A stretch of 64,000 bases of DNA, taken from the NCBI RefSeq assembly GCF_964355755.1, contig NC_092675.1:9481812-9545811 (forward strand), written 5' to 3'. The translations under genes and the position numbers were made by a program. How positions within the stretch are numbered: position 1 is the stretch's first letter; each line of letters opens with the position of its first letter. This document shows, piece by piece, positions 1 to 12,499 of the stretch. Source of the DNA: Antedon mediterranea (taxonomy: Eukaryota; Animalia; Echinodermata). Below the pieces are notes generated by a model. That model was not told the DNA's origin, did not search any database, and was given only the letters and a program-made list of their open reading frames with translations.

Positions 1-500
1 CATCATCTACAACATTATCATCATCAACAAAATTATCATCAACAACATCATCATCATCATCATCTACAGCATTATCATCATCAACAACATCATCATCTAC
101 AGCAACATCATTATCATCATCATCTACAGCATTATCATCATCGCCATCCTCATCATCGTTATCACCATCATCAACATCATTATCATTATCATCATCATCA
201 TCATCTACAGCATTATCATCATCGCCAACACCATCATCAACAACATTATCACCATCGTCATCATCACCACCATCATCATCATCATCATCGATATCATCAT
301 CATCATCCACAACAGCATTATCATCACCACATCCTCATAGTCACCACCAGTAATAATCGTTATCATCAACATCTTTACCACCACCATCATCATCATCACC
401 AGTCATTCACATAGTAACCACCAATAATAATAATTGTCATCATTATCATCGTCACCACCAGTCATCCTTGTAGTCACCACCAATAATATCACCAGTATTT
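1..500. repeat. Degenerate (CAT/ATC)n trinucleotide microsatellite, runs off the window start
   Basis: Continuous catcatcat/caccat/caacat triplets, decaying after about 400; explains the poly-Met ORF 205..399. Confidence 0.95.
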
Positions 501-1605
501 AATCAACCCCCGTATCATAATTGTCATGAGTCAGTATCCTCGCACTATAGTTTTTACCACCATACACCCCATCGTTCACCGTTCATTCACCTTATGAATT
601 CACTGTTCACTTGAATAATGCCTTTAATGAATATTAAATATGTGCAAATAATTTCAATACAATATAAAACGAATTAGTTCCAATAAAGTATTTGTATAAA
701 TTCAATTCGTTTATTTGATTATGCTCTCTATTTTGCACATTTTCCTAACAATATTATTAAATACAACAAACTGAATCGATTTATTTTCTAATCTTTGAAT
801 ACGGTATCGTTTATTAATTCCAGCATTGTCCCTGGTAATTTTAGATTATTAATTTTATAATATGTTTTATTTATAAATACTATGGCCTTATTCTCAACCG
901 ATATGCCTATTTGGAGAATTGATATCGGTAAATTTTATATTTTTATAAAACTCGAAAATAAGTAATAATTTTAAATATTTTGTAGTACTAGTAATGTCTG
1001 AGGTAAAATTCCCGATTTATTCAATACATGCAATTAAATACAGAATGTTTTATTGGAGTATCAGATCATTTTAAAGAAATAATAATAAGAGTCCACAATG
1101 ATAGTACTGTAGAGAATTAAGTATACTCGTATAAGACAGGTGTATCATTATGATAAGTGGAATGCGTAAACGGCAATATGAGAAGATCTGAAAGTGAAAG
1201 AGATCGCTCAAATTAGACTCCGTGGTTTTCTGTGTGATGATGATACTGATGCGCCGCGCCTTTATATGAATTCTTACAATTAGCGTAAAAGAATTTGAAT
1301 AAAAAAAGTTGGTTACATAAAATAAAACATATTCGTTCTAAGACAAAAACGTACAAAATATTAAAACCATAGGCCTAAAGTAAACATAGTTTATACTTAT
1401 ATAAAAATAATTAACATATAATTACCGGTATTTAACTGGACGGTGTCTTCTGCTATCATAACTTTTAAATAATTCATTTTAATTGATTTTTCTCCCGCAG
1501 TAACGATTTCAATAAGCCTACATAACGATTTGGTTTAAAAAATCAAATTAAGTCCTAGTCTGCATAATTAACAATGGTAAACATTATCTTATTTGTCCAA
1601 AGATT

Positions 1606-1632
1606 TATATATATATATATATATATATATAT
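1606..1632. repeat. (TA)n microsatellite
   Basis: About 13 uninterrupted TA units. Confidence 0.9.
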
Positions 1633-2779
1633 CTGCTGATTTGACAATAATTTAAATGAGTTAATCAAACAGTTTTATTAAATATGGTAAAATTATAATT
1701 AATTTAAAAAAAAAACATTTTTCTTCTTTCTTGACATTAAATATATTTAAACTGTTTAGTTATTTTAGTCTATGATGTAAGTAATCTCACTCTTTTGTGG
1801 TTTTATAGAATTCTACTATGATAATGCAATATCACACAAGGCCTACAGAAACAAATACGGCGAGTATGAAGTAAAAAAGGAGTTATGCTCGTCTTGTGTG
1901 TCGTCTTTAAGGCGGCGAGAGCGAGGAAGAGCGTGCAAGGAACGCGCTATGTACGAAAACTTTCATTAAAAACGAATTCAGAACAAACAATAAAAATAAT
2001 GATCATTAAAATGATAACAATGCCTAACTCCGTTTCCGTAGGGTTAAATACCGGTGTAATTTTGTCAACAATGCGATTAATAAAATGCAAATTATGTAAA
2101 ATGTAGGCCGTAGGCACGTTGAAAAGTTAATTGAGTAATACAAACTTCGCCTGGGGTAAGTTAAACAAAAGAAAATGTATGTCATAGAAAAATGAATTCA
2201 TTTCAATTGTTTGTTTTGTTTGTTTAACGTGTAACTCTGATAGATTAATATAATATTTAATAACCATTCAGCAATATTGGACATGATATGAAGTAGGTTT
2301 AATGTTTAATAAACTAAATAATAATCTAATAATGGTGAAAAGTAATTTTTAACAACGAACTATTTAATCACCTTCATTGTTGAACAAAAGAATAAGTTTT
2401 TAAATTTAATATCTCGTTGTTGATTTTCTATTATGTTATTTTAAAATTATTTTTTATATTTATATTTAATTATTATTCAATAACATAATACATGTAATCC
2501 AATATGTTATTCGTTATCAAACTCAATAAAAGCATTTAAAAGCAAGCGTTGTTATTTGAAATGAAGACTATAGGCCTATACGCAAAAGAAAAACAATCTA
2601 TAAACATCTTAATCCTCACTAAAAATTGCAGAAACCTTTTTTATATACCCTAATATACTATATACTATATTTAATAAATATATCTAGACTTTAAAATTAC
2701 AAAAACTAATTCATTCATATTATTGATTCTAGTACTATTATCATAAACATATTTAAACATATCATTTCCGTTCACTTAA

Positions 2780-4368
2780 AGGGGGATTCTGGGTTTAAAA
2801 TTGCTTTTAAATATCGTTTATTTATTAAATAAAACATATTATAACAATATAGACATTTCAGAATGAAGAAGTAATAACGAGAAATTAAAAAAATTAAATT
2901 TCATATACATTTTAGGGTAAATTCATGGAAAGTCTGTTTTTTAGCAGCTTAGGGAAGCTCATTAATATTCATGAGATATTCACAAAATCACGTCACCAGT
3001 GGATTCCAAACTCGCGACGTCATGTAGGTTGTGTTTGTCCAGGGAGTTGGTTTGTCAACTAATTTACATCTCTCTCCCCTGTCAAACGACGACCACCATT
3101 GTGATCATTGTGAAATACATTTTTTGTAGATTTTCTAAGCTAGGCCTAAAGTGTAATAATAACAGTAGTAGCATATATTTATTTGACATTTAATGAAATA
3201 CAAAATTTAGTACAGATACGGAGTCATAAATTATACTATTTTTATACCTCTATAGTACAGATCGTATTATCGGCTTCACGTACAATACTACTCTAGGCCT
3301 AGCCTAATAATAATATGGGCGAGAGCCATTCTGACTAGGGATTCCATGCCACGATGGCTACGTTAAAACAATGGGGCCCATGGGCCTAGCTAGCCTACTA
3401 CTAGACGATTGGCCCATAAATAACAAAACCCATCCTATCAACCAAACTCCTAAACAATCTAAACCTAAAACATTCTACAAAATCGGCTGTAAATATTGAA
3501 GCAAAACAAGGTCCGATCGCCGTCCACACGTATCGTTTAAGTAGGCCTAAAATAAATAGGTTTAGTTTACTCTCCAAAAAAGCGGATACTCATGCATCAA
3601 GCAAGTAGACCAGGTAGTAGGAAGGAGACCTAGCCGATCCGGCCCAGTTAAAAATTGAGCTAGCTAGTGTAGTACACCCTATGCGAATTGATACTACCAG
3701 GCCTTTTACTATAGGCTGCACTACACAAATATTCCAACTCTCTCATTCGAGCTATATTATCTATACCATTCCGGTAGGTCGAGTCGACCTTCAATCAAAT
3801 ACTGTACATCGTTCATGTTGTGATTATAGACGGGGTATACTCGACCCGACAAGTTTGGTATTGTTGTATCTGCTTATCACGTGACGATGCCAGGCATGGG
3901 CAGCAGAGAGAGCACGTGTATCGTCGTCTCGCTCGATCCTCAGGCTGCAGCAGGAATGTACAGTATACGTTACGCTTCATTGATTTTGATTTTTCCCTAA
4001 GTCAGTGCGAAAATCGGCAAACGTAAAGTGCAAACATATCTAATTTTTCACTGTTTTGATGAATTTTCATAAAAAATTGACTTTATAAATGGGAAGACCG
4101 ACTAAAATTACATCAGATAAGTATAATTTTACAAAAGTAATTGATATGGTTTATGATAACGAGTCGTCGGAAGATGGACCATTTCACGAATTTCCTATTT
4201 TGTAACCACAGTGTGATTTTGCCGTAGCTGCACTTGTAATCTGGCCTGATTTCACAGCCTTCGTTCTGCTTCACTGGGCGCTTATATAAATTGAAACTTT
4301 TACCGTTCAAGAGACAAACAAATATATTTTACATTTTTTACTATTCATTTTAAACCCGGAACCCCCCT
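2780..4368. mobile_element. Non-autonomous Kolobok-type DNA transposon, about 1.59 kb
   Basis: TTAA at 2776-2779 and 4369-4372; 22-bp terminal inverted repeats AGGGGGATTCTGGGTTTAAAAT (left) versus AGGGGGGTTCCGGGTTTAAAAT (right, reverse complement), 2 mismatches; TTAA target duplication with purine-purine termini is the Kolobok signature; no transposase ORF inside. Confidence 0.8.
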
Positions 4369-4372
4369 TTAA

Positions 4373-4716
4373 AGATGTATTGTCCCCTAAAAAACATGAA
4401 AAATGAAGATTAATAAAATCAGACTTTGAATATGTTATTTTGTAGTTTTAATAAAGTTAATCACTTCCATAGAAAAAAAATAATAATGTTTTCACTTATA
4501 AAATGATAAAATAAATGGTTAAATTCAACCAAAAATCCATTGGTTGGCAGAGCCAATTTGACAATTTTTTAAAATTACATTTTTTCAGGTAAATACATTT
4601 TTTTTGTCTATCAAATGTTTGGTCAAAGTGGATAACTATTGTTATATGTTACATTAAAATGGAATATTCAACAACATTTTTTTAAAGAATTATTTTTCCA
4701 TGAGGACAATACATCT
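4373..4716. mobile_element. Kolobok-type MITE family B, copy 1 (344 bp)
   Basis: TTAA|AGATGTATTGTCCCC ... GAGGACAATACATCT|TTAA; shares its left TTAA (4369-4372) with the preceding element; homologous to 5056-5390 and 25603-25844. Confidence 0.85.
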
Positions 4717-5055
4717 TTAAATACAGGCCGGATCATCATCATTACAAATTTATTATCAATATTATGGTTGAATTATATTCTTTATAATTAAAATGTCAGT
4801 TATCCTATTTGTCGTTCGAAATTATCTCTTTTAAATTAAGAAATAGTTCATTGCCTTCTTGCACACATTATTTACTATTTAGCTCATTTTGTTCCCAAAT
4901 TGTTAGTTATTGCAGACTGAGAATCGAAACACCAACTTTTTGACAAATTTTACGTTAAAATATGAAACTAAACTGGGACATATAGGCCTAGACTAATTTA
5001 AAGGGCCTTTTGCCTCTATATTTCAGTGTTTGATAATGAAAATGTGTTTGTTTAA

Positions 5056-5390
5056 AGATGTAAAAACGTGAAAAATGAAAATTAATTACATCAGAACTTG
5101 AAAAGGATATTTTGTAGTTTTAATCATGTTAATCAATTGCGTAGAAAAAAAACGAAGAAAAAAGTATGTTTTCACTAAAATTACAAAATAACTGGTTAAA
5201 TTCAACCAAAAATCTATTGTCTGGCAGCCAATTTGACTATTTTTTGCTTTAAATTACAGCTTTTTTCAGGTAAATAACGTTTTTTTTCGATCTAAGTTTT
5301 GGTTAAAGTTGATAACTATTATATGATATTAAAATGGCATAATCAACAACAAAATGTAAACAAATATTATTTCAGGAGGACAATACATCT
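5056..5390. mobile_element. Kolobok-type MITE family B, copy 2
   Basis: TTAA|AGATGT (left TIR partly deleted) ... GGAGGACAATACATCT|TTAA; internal sequence collinear with copy 1 (e.g. tggttaaattcaaccaaaaatc, tttttcaggtaaata). Confidence 0.8.
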
Positions 5391-7039
5391 TTAAAAATCA
5401 TGTATTCCAGTCTCTCTTTCCAGTCGCTATGTCATTATTCCGACTGTTTAATTATCTATTCCAATTGTGTCTTATGCATACTATGGTTTCTAATTCTATT
5501 CATCATAATATGAAGGATTACGGCTAATTTTAATGTGTATTACCGGAAATAAAGTCGCCCTATAAATCATGTAAATAACTTTTTTTCTAACCGTTGCATC
5601 GTTATTCACATTTTTGCTGACGTTATAAAAATGTAGCGTATTAACTGTTCCATAACTAGGCCCAGGATATTTTCTTTTATCGTTTTATGTCTTAATAAAT
5701 CAATTGTAGCATTATTTATAGAGAAATATTATTTAAATATATGTAAATCAATATTTAATAAAAGACTACATAAACTGTGAACATGGAGACATAATGTCGG
5801 AGCGGAAATCGATTTCATAGTTTTTATTGTCTGCGGTGCGCTTTCTGAACAACCGAATCATTTTGGCCTTTGGTTAATTATGTTATTACTAGAATTATTC
5901 GAAATACTTCAGAATAGTAACTACATTAGCATTACAGATACTCTGACCGTAAGGTTGATTTCGAATGTATGTCCCCTGTGTTTTTGAAAATAACAAATAA
6001 CGATATAGCGTCAGAAACAAGAACTATTTTCTACCTTTTACATAATGGGGAATGATCCACGACCCGGGAGTACAATCAATAAAAGTAAAATATCACTGCG
6101 CTGAGATTTGAATGAGTGAAAGTGGATCAAATTCAGCGTATTTTGTTTTATGTTAGAAAGCAGTTATCGGAAGAATCGCGTCTCATCTTCATCGTGTAGA
6201 ATTCCTAACTATTGATTTTATTGTGCAATGAGAGCCCGGGGAGTAATAAAGAAGCTGAAATTTAAAATTACGCAGACATTTTCAGTAGGTGAAATTTCCA
6301 GAACGAGCCTAGAGAGACCGGGCAAAATTAACTGCATAATCAAAACTCATACAATTCGTTCCTGCCAACGGTTTTGCAAAAGATTTTCCGTGCTGTGTAA
6401 TAAATCATTTGTTTCTAAGACAAGATGTGTTGACACGCGCCACATCACTTTTGTGATTGATAGAAACTCTTCCGCGAGATAAAGATGGATGTGTCCCTTC
6501 ACGTCACATGATGACGTCTCATTCGTCATGTATTTGTTGTCATTATAGAGACACTTTTCTATGTTGCCATAAACCCCTTTTCTATACATAATAAATCTTC
6601 ATCAATCACGTGCTTTAGCATCCACTCACGACAATGGTCACTTTAATCATTCAACCGATTATAGACTCGCACACCGCTTCACTAATACTAATCTATAAAT
6701 GTTATTTATCAATTCAAAATAATTAAATTTATAATTTAAATGATGTAATTAAAATGAAATTATAGTTATCAATTAGGGCCAAGATGTTATTTCAAACGCT
6801 CTATTACAACAGTTAAAATGAATACAGTGACATAGCATCCATGTTCATCGTCTTTCCTCATCAATGACGCCATGATAAGAACAAACGATTCATGATACAA
6901 CGATTTTATTGCTCTTATTGATTATGACGTAATTTAATTGGACGAATGGTCGCAAATGGATAGGTCTATATAGTTATGATGGGAATTATTCCATCATTTT
7001 CTTTTCTTGTACCTCTGGGTTAGCTTTGATTTTTTTGTA

Positions 7040-7503
7040 TTACTATTAGAAGGGGGTTTACTATTAGATTAGTGGGTTATTAATACTAATCTTAAATTCG
7101 GTACCTGTAAAGAGTAAACCAACCCAACTTTTCCGGTCAGCAACTCATAGCAAAATAAAAAAACAGTACGAATAAACAAATTTGGTTGAACTCTAACTTT
7201 ATTTTATAAACTCAAAAACACTCAATCCTCCCCCACTCCTGAGATCAACATGCATTATCTCCTTATTTTTAAAAATACGGCTGCATAAAAAACGACCAGT
7301 CTTCATTAAATGAAAAGAAAAATACAAAGTAAACAAATGTTGATTTTAGTGTCATTTTGTCAATAGTTTTTGTGACTCTAATAGTAAACCCCATGGGTTA
7401 CTATTAGAGCAGGGGGTATTATTATAGATTGACTTATAAGGTGGGTTACTATTAGAAGGTGAGTTACTATTAGAGTGTGGGTTACATTAGAAGATTTACG
7501 GTA
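7040..7503. mobile_element. Truncated Tc1/mariner (pogo/Tigger-like) non-autonomous element
   Basis: Repeated subterminal motif GGGTTACTATTAGA (about 6 variants), internal hairpin ctctaatagtaaaccccatgggttactattagag near 7377-7410, right end ...attagaagatttacgg|TA; matching left TIR not found. Confidence 0.5.
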
Positions 7504-10249
7504 TAGCTATTTATCGTCGTTATAAACGGGCCTTAATTGCATAAAATCAATAGATTTATCTATTAATAACATGTTTTTATTTGTAAAGATATAAATAAAG
7601 ATGCGACCAATCAGTTTCTATATGATATTTCCAATTATTTTTATTGTGAGTTTCGGAATAATAATGTTCTAATAAATTCTTTGTTTTGCATAGCGCATAA
7701 TTGTTTTTTTTATTCAAACTTAGCATAAACTTATAATTATATCGTTGTTGAGGTTGAAAACAATGGTATTTCCACTGTCAAGATACTACTAGACAATTCA
7801 AAGCCGCCAATGAGATCTGATCAATATGACTGTCACTAACAGGCTTGTGAAAAGAAAAGAAATGAGACAAGTTATGGACAAAACGGACAAAAATCAGAGT
7901 AGTAAGGCAAACTGATCGAAAACCGCAGAAAACTGCAGACCAATTAACACTCAAACTGCTACAATATCGATTCATCAGCAGTCATATTACGCGCAGCGGT
8001 TCTTTTCAATGAATGTTGAAACCATAGCAATTGTGTGCTAAGGGAAAGACGACAATCAATTGGTTTTTAACAATTGGCGGGGACAAGTTTATGGTTGAGT
8101 TTTGAAAACAGAAAAGAAGCGTCGCGACTATGAGACGGCTGTCCGGCGTGGGTTCAGGCATAGGCTAGGCCTATAACTTCTCTGAAAAAAGAAAAAAAAC
8201 ATGTTATTATTAAATTAATATAGCTTATGCTGTTATTATTGAGTACAATTGTTATTGTAAAAGGCGTCATGGAATACATTGATTAATCTAAACAATTAAT
8301 ATTTCTTTGGGCCTATAGTGCTTCATTTTCCATTTGTAATAGCAGTCTTTGTGTAACGGACACTCTTTTGACGACCTTAGCACTCCATATCAAGAAAGAT
8401 CAATAAGCCAATCTGTAATTAAACTTAAAATATACTGTGTGATTATGTGAGCTATATTGTTAAGATATTTAAAATTATATCACTCGACTCTAATTTAAAA
8501 TAACATTTAAAAAATAGTCATAACTAACTAACTAACTGTTCATGTTTATTGAAATTTAATATTGAACAATTTCACTTTTGTTAGGCCAGAAATAAATATC
8601 ATTTCAATTAAATAGTGTACCAAATAATGTTCGTATGCAATATGATTTGATGGAATAGTACGTTTTCTTTCGTGCTTTTAATGAAACAAGAACTTCCTCC
8701 TCTGTCCCTGATTAAATTATTATTCCATTTACCCGTTTGTACTTTGTGCTATATGTTAAACACATATTATGTTTAACTTCATTGTTCAGTATGTGAAAAT
8801 AATATTCAACACAAACATCCGGTAATAATTGAAACTCGCCAGGCTTTTTGAAATTGAATAATTATATTGTCTATTCTGGCCCTAGCGGCCGCCAATCGTG
8901 ATAAAATAGTGAGGAGAATAATTGAATGTTAACATAGGTAACGTAGTCACTTCTCCAAACAATATGACAATACCTACAATAAAATAAAATAAATGAGCAG
9001 GAATTAAAAGCATATAACATGTCAGGTTTTCAAAGATTTGTTTTTGGAATTAAACAAAATAACCATTTCAATCATATTAGTTACTTTTGGCTTATGAAAT
9101 TACCGTATTGATGAAATTCTTTGAACTAGCAAAAATTAATCACGCCTCTCATAGTCTCTTTACTGGTGATGGATGACCAAACCGAAGCGTTAGGTCAGAA
9201 TTGTCAAATTCTAGTTTACTGTTATTTGTTTTTCGTGTTTATTTTCAGACGATTGTCTTTGTATTTTGTTTATGTTAAATGGCATCAATGTAGCAGCGAA
9301 TTGAATTAATTTCGCTGTAGTACATTACCGTGTCAGAAAGCGCCCGATAAAGTACAATTTATTTTTATAGATTTGTAGCCAATGTTGCAATTGAATTAAT
9401 CTATCAAATGAAAATTCGACTGTGTGTCTCTTTGTGAATGGCAATAGTACGCTTTGGTCGTTACCTTTCACATACTGCACATTTTCATTCTCATAGGCAG
9501 AGAATCTCAATGCGATCTTACTTTATTACATTCTCATGTATTGATCCCAATAATATAATAATATACACATCATCAAATAAAACCCGATTCTCAGTATTCT
9601 CATATTATAGAATACAGCATCTCAGTATATCACATGTGGTTCCTATATCATGATGGCTATGTTGATACTGGGAGATACTTTGAAAAAAAATGTGATGTTG
9701 TGAATAATTTTCATATGATACTGGAGATCTAGATAGGCTAGTACCGAGAATCTGGTATGAAACACATTTGTTCAAAAAGAAAAGTTACCCACAATAATTT
9801 CCAATATGACGCAAACTGATGACCCTAAATAATTTCTCAGTTTAGTAGGCCTACAATCAACCCACGGGTGGTCGAAGACATTTGGGGGAGAGGGATTTGC
9901 TATCATGAATTAGAAAGGGCATAACATAGTCTGTCACGATTTATTTTGTACACTGCTAAGAATTTCTATTAAACTAGGTTTATATAACATGATATTGGCA
10001 CTCCAAAGTATGGCATGTTAAAATTGTCACACGACTTGCATACAATGTGAAGTAAACTACCGTATAGTTACAAAGTTATAGAATTATGAATGAATGAATT
10101 AGGCCTATACAAAATAATTAACAAACGGAATTCTTTTTTATGTTGTAATATTTTATCATTGTATCGGTTTACCTTCACTTCCTTTACAAAAAAAGGATTA
10201 TTTTAATTTCGTTTTCTCTTTTTCACGTTTATTTAATTGTTGTTAAACA

Positions 10250-10470
10250 TTATTACCTCCGCCAAGGAGGTTATACTTTCACCCCTGAATGTTTGTGTGT
10301 GTGTGTGTTTGTGTGTGTGTGTTTGTGTGTGTTTGTGTTTGTGCACAGCCTGGAGGCCACATTTTTCATCCAAATCTGGCCAAATTTGGCCACAATGATC
10401 AATGATTCAACATATAATTGTGTTTAAATTTTGAAGGGTCAAGGTCAAAGATCAAGGTCCACAAAAAAAA
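10250..10470 (+). mobile_element. 5' part of a Helentron-associated non-autonomous element (HINE/DINE-1-like)
   Basis: TTATTACCTCCGCCAAGGAGGTTAT sub-terminal inverted pair (ACCTCC/GGAGGT), followed by a (GT/GTTT)n microsatellite at about 10290-10342 and AAGGTCA repeats; layout typical of HINEs; 3' end absent. Confidence 0.65.
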
Positions 10471-10488
10471 AATAAACAAATAAATTGA

Positions 10489-10882
10489 ACCAGCGATCTT
10501 AACTGTGAAAGGCTGGATACATAACCATTGCACCAGCGATCTTAACTGTGAAAGGCTGGATACATAACCATTGCACCAGCGATCTTAACTGTGAGAGGCT
10601 GGATACATAACCATTGCACCAACGATCTTAACTGTGAGAGGCTGGATACAAAACCATTGCACCAGCGATCTTAACTGTGAAAGGCTGGATACATAACCAT
10701 TGCACCAACGATCTTAACTGTGAGAGGCTGGATACATAACCATTGCACCAGCGATCTTAACTGTGAGAGGCTGGATACATAACCATTGCACCAGCGATCT
10801 TAACTGTGAGAGGCTGGATACATAACCATTGCACCAGCGATCTTAACTGTGAGAGGCTGGATACATAACCATTGCACCAACG
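10489..10882 (-). repeat. Tandem array of 9 x 43 bp derived from a tRNA-like SINE head
   Basis: Unit accagcgatcttaactgtga(a/g)aggctggatacataaccattgc starts at 10489, 10532 ... 10876; minus strand has an A-box-like TGGTGCAATGGT in each unit and a single B-box-like GGTTCAATT at 10483-10491. Confidence 0.9.
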
Positions 10883-12343
10883 CTCATCCACAACTTTCTT
10901 ATAGTATGCAGTTAGCCTATTTACACTTAGAACTAATACAACAAAAATAAAAAATATATATATTTTCCGAGGAAATTTGTTTATGTAGGTGGAGGTTTGT
11001 ACTCTCGGAGTACCCTCTAGTTGTCATTATAATAACACGATTTGGGGCAGCACAAGCGATAACAATAGCTATAACTGTCGAAGACTTCTTGGCAAGACAA
11101 GAAAAGCATCTACATACACACATAAGCCTATAGGCATATTGAAAAGTGATGATGAATTATAAAAAAGGAAACCCAGGAAACATTAACATTTCAAACTGAA
11201 TATAAGTAATGAATGAATTTAGAATAGAGTAACGGATGTTACTTCAAAAAACTAAAAACAGACTTGTAAAGAAAAGATAATCGTTAAAGTATCTTTTCTT
11301 CCGTCTAGTGCACATTGCAATTGAAACAATGTTATTGAAATACCCTTTAATAACATAGATACTAATGGTTGCTAATAATTATAAGTTTAAAAAATACCGA
11401 GACCTAATTACACGTCGCATGATAAAAAACGTATTAAAATGTAATTTATAGCGATCGTAAAAACAAATTAGTTTATGATTGGTGGTATAAAATGTTGCCG
11501 TGTTTCCTCTCAGTGGATAGATCTTTAGTCATATTTTGATTTATCGACTGAAAGTTTTATCAATTTATAGAGTTAAGCCTGTACAAGGTGTTCAATTAAA
11601 TGCCGTCATTATACCGCCTCGTGCTCATCTATCTTGTTGCGTATACGCTGTTCTCGCTGAGATAAGCCTTGAAGATCGCACGTTTGCCTTGTTATTTGGC
11701 CATCCATCATCATACATCAACAATACAGATTATATATATTTTCAATAATAATGACTTTCACATTGATACTTTTTTATTTACGTTATGTTATTCTTTTTTG
11801 GTATTGCAATCAAGATGACATGATGCGTGGTCATCTTGATACAATTAGTAAAGTAAATTTCTCTTCCCTGGTCAAACGGTTTCATGACATCATTTTCGCC
11901 GTCCCAAATAAGATAGCATAACATATGTGAATTATATAATCATAACATTTTTTTTTAGATCTATGTAATGTACAATACATTCTTCATAAACACATATATC
12001 ATAATCTTCATTAACAATAATCTTCATTTCAAATTATATATCATTAGTATATTTCATTTATGATAAATTTTGTGTTTATTTTTAAATTTTGTGTTTCTTT
12101 TTTGTGTCTGTTTATGTAATGTTTTCTATTCATCTTAAGCTCAATGTACTGCAGTATAAAACATATACTTAAAATTATAAAAAAAAGAAAGGACAATTTG
12201 CGGCAGTTCTATTCTGTGAAATTTCGTGGCGCAAAAGAAGCTTCTGAATGGGAAACGTCGAAGTTGAATGATTTCATTTTGTTTTCTATTTGCAGGCCTA
12301 AAATTCAATGCAATGTTTTATATTAGTAAACAACTTATTCTTA

Positions 12344-12499
12344 AGCTTGTTTCTCAGTAGACGCAAAGTGAAGGACGTAAACGCTATAACGCCTGAGTAC
12401 GTATAATAATTTGATCGATCACAAGCGAATAATTTGAACCATCGCTTTTGATTGGTTACGCAGACTAGTCTTGCGTTGCGTCTACGTGAGAACCAAGCT
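12344..12499. mobile_element. PIF/Harbinger-type MITE family C, copy 1
   Basis: TIR agcttgtttctcagtagacgcaa ... ttgcgtctacgtgagaaccaagct, preceded by TTA; homologous to 46361-46539. Confidence 0.7.

Noticed and set aside
205-399. 64-aa poly-Met/Ile/Val ORF
   Set aside because: Translation of the (CAT)n microsatellite.
9130-9770. Possible Penelope-like 3' end and weak inverted-repeat element
   Set aside because: Only short motif resemblance; no definable termini or target duplication.
10489-10882. 43-bp array as a CRISPR array
   Set aside because: Units are head-to-tail with no unique spacers, there are no cas genes, and the context is eukaryotic.
10483-10890. Functional tRNA gene(s)
   Set aside because: No 3' acceptor stem or complete T arm after the B box, and the anticodon stem does not pair well.
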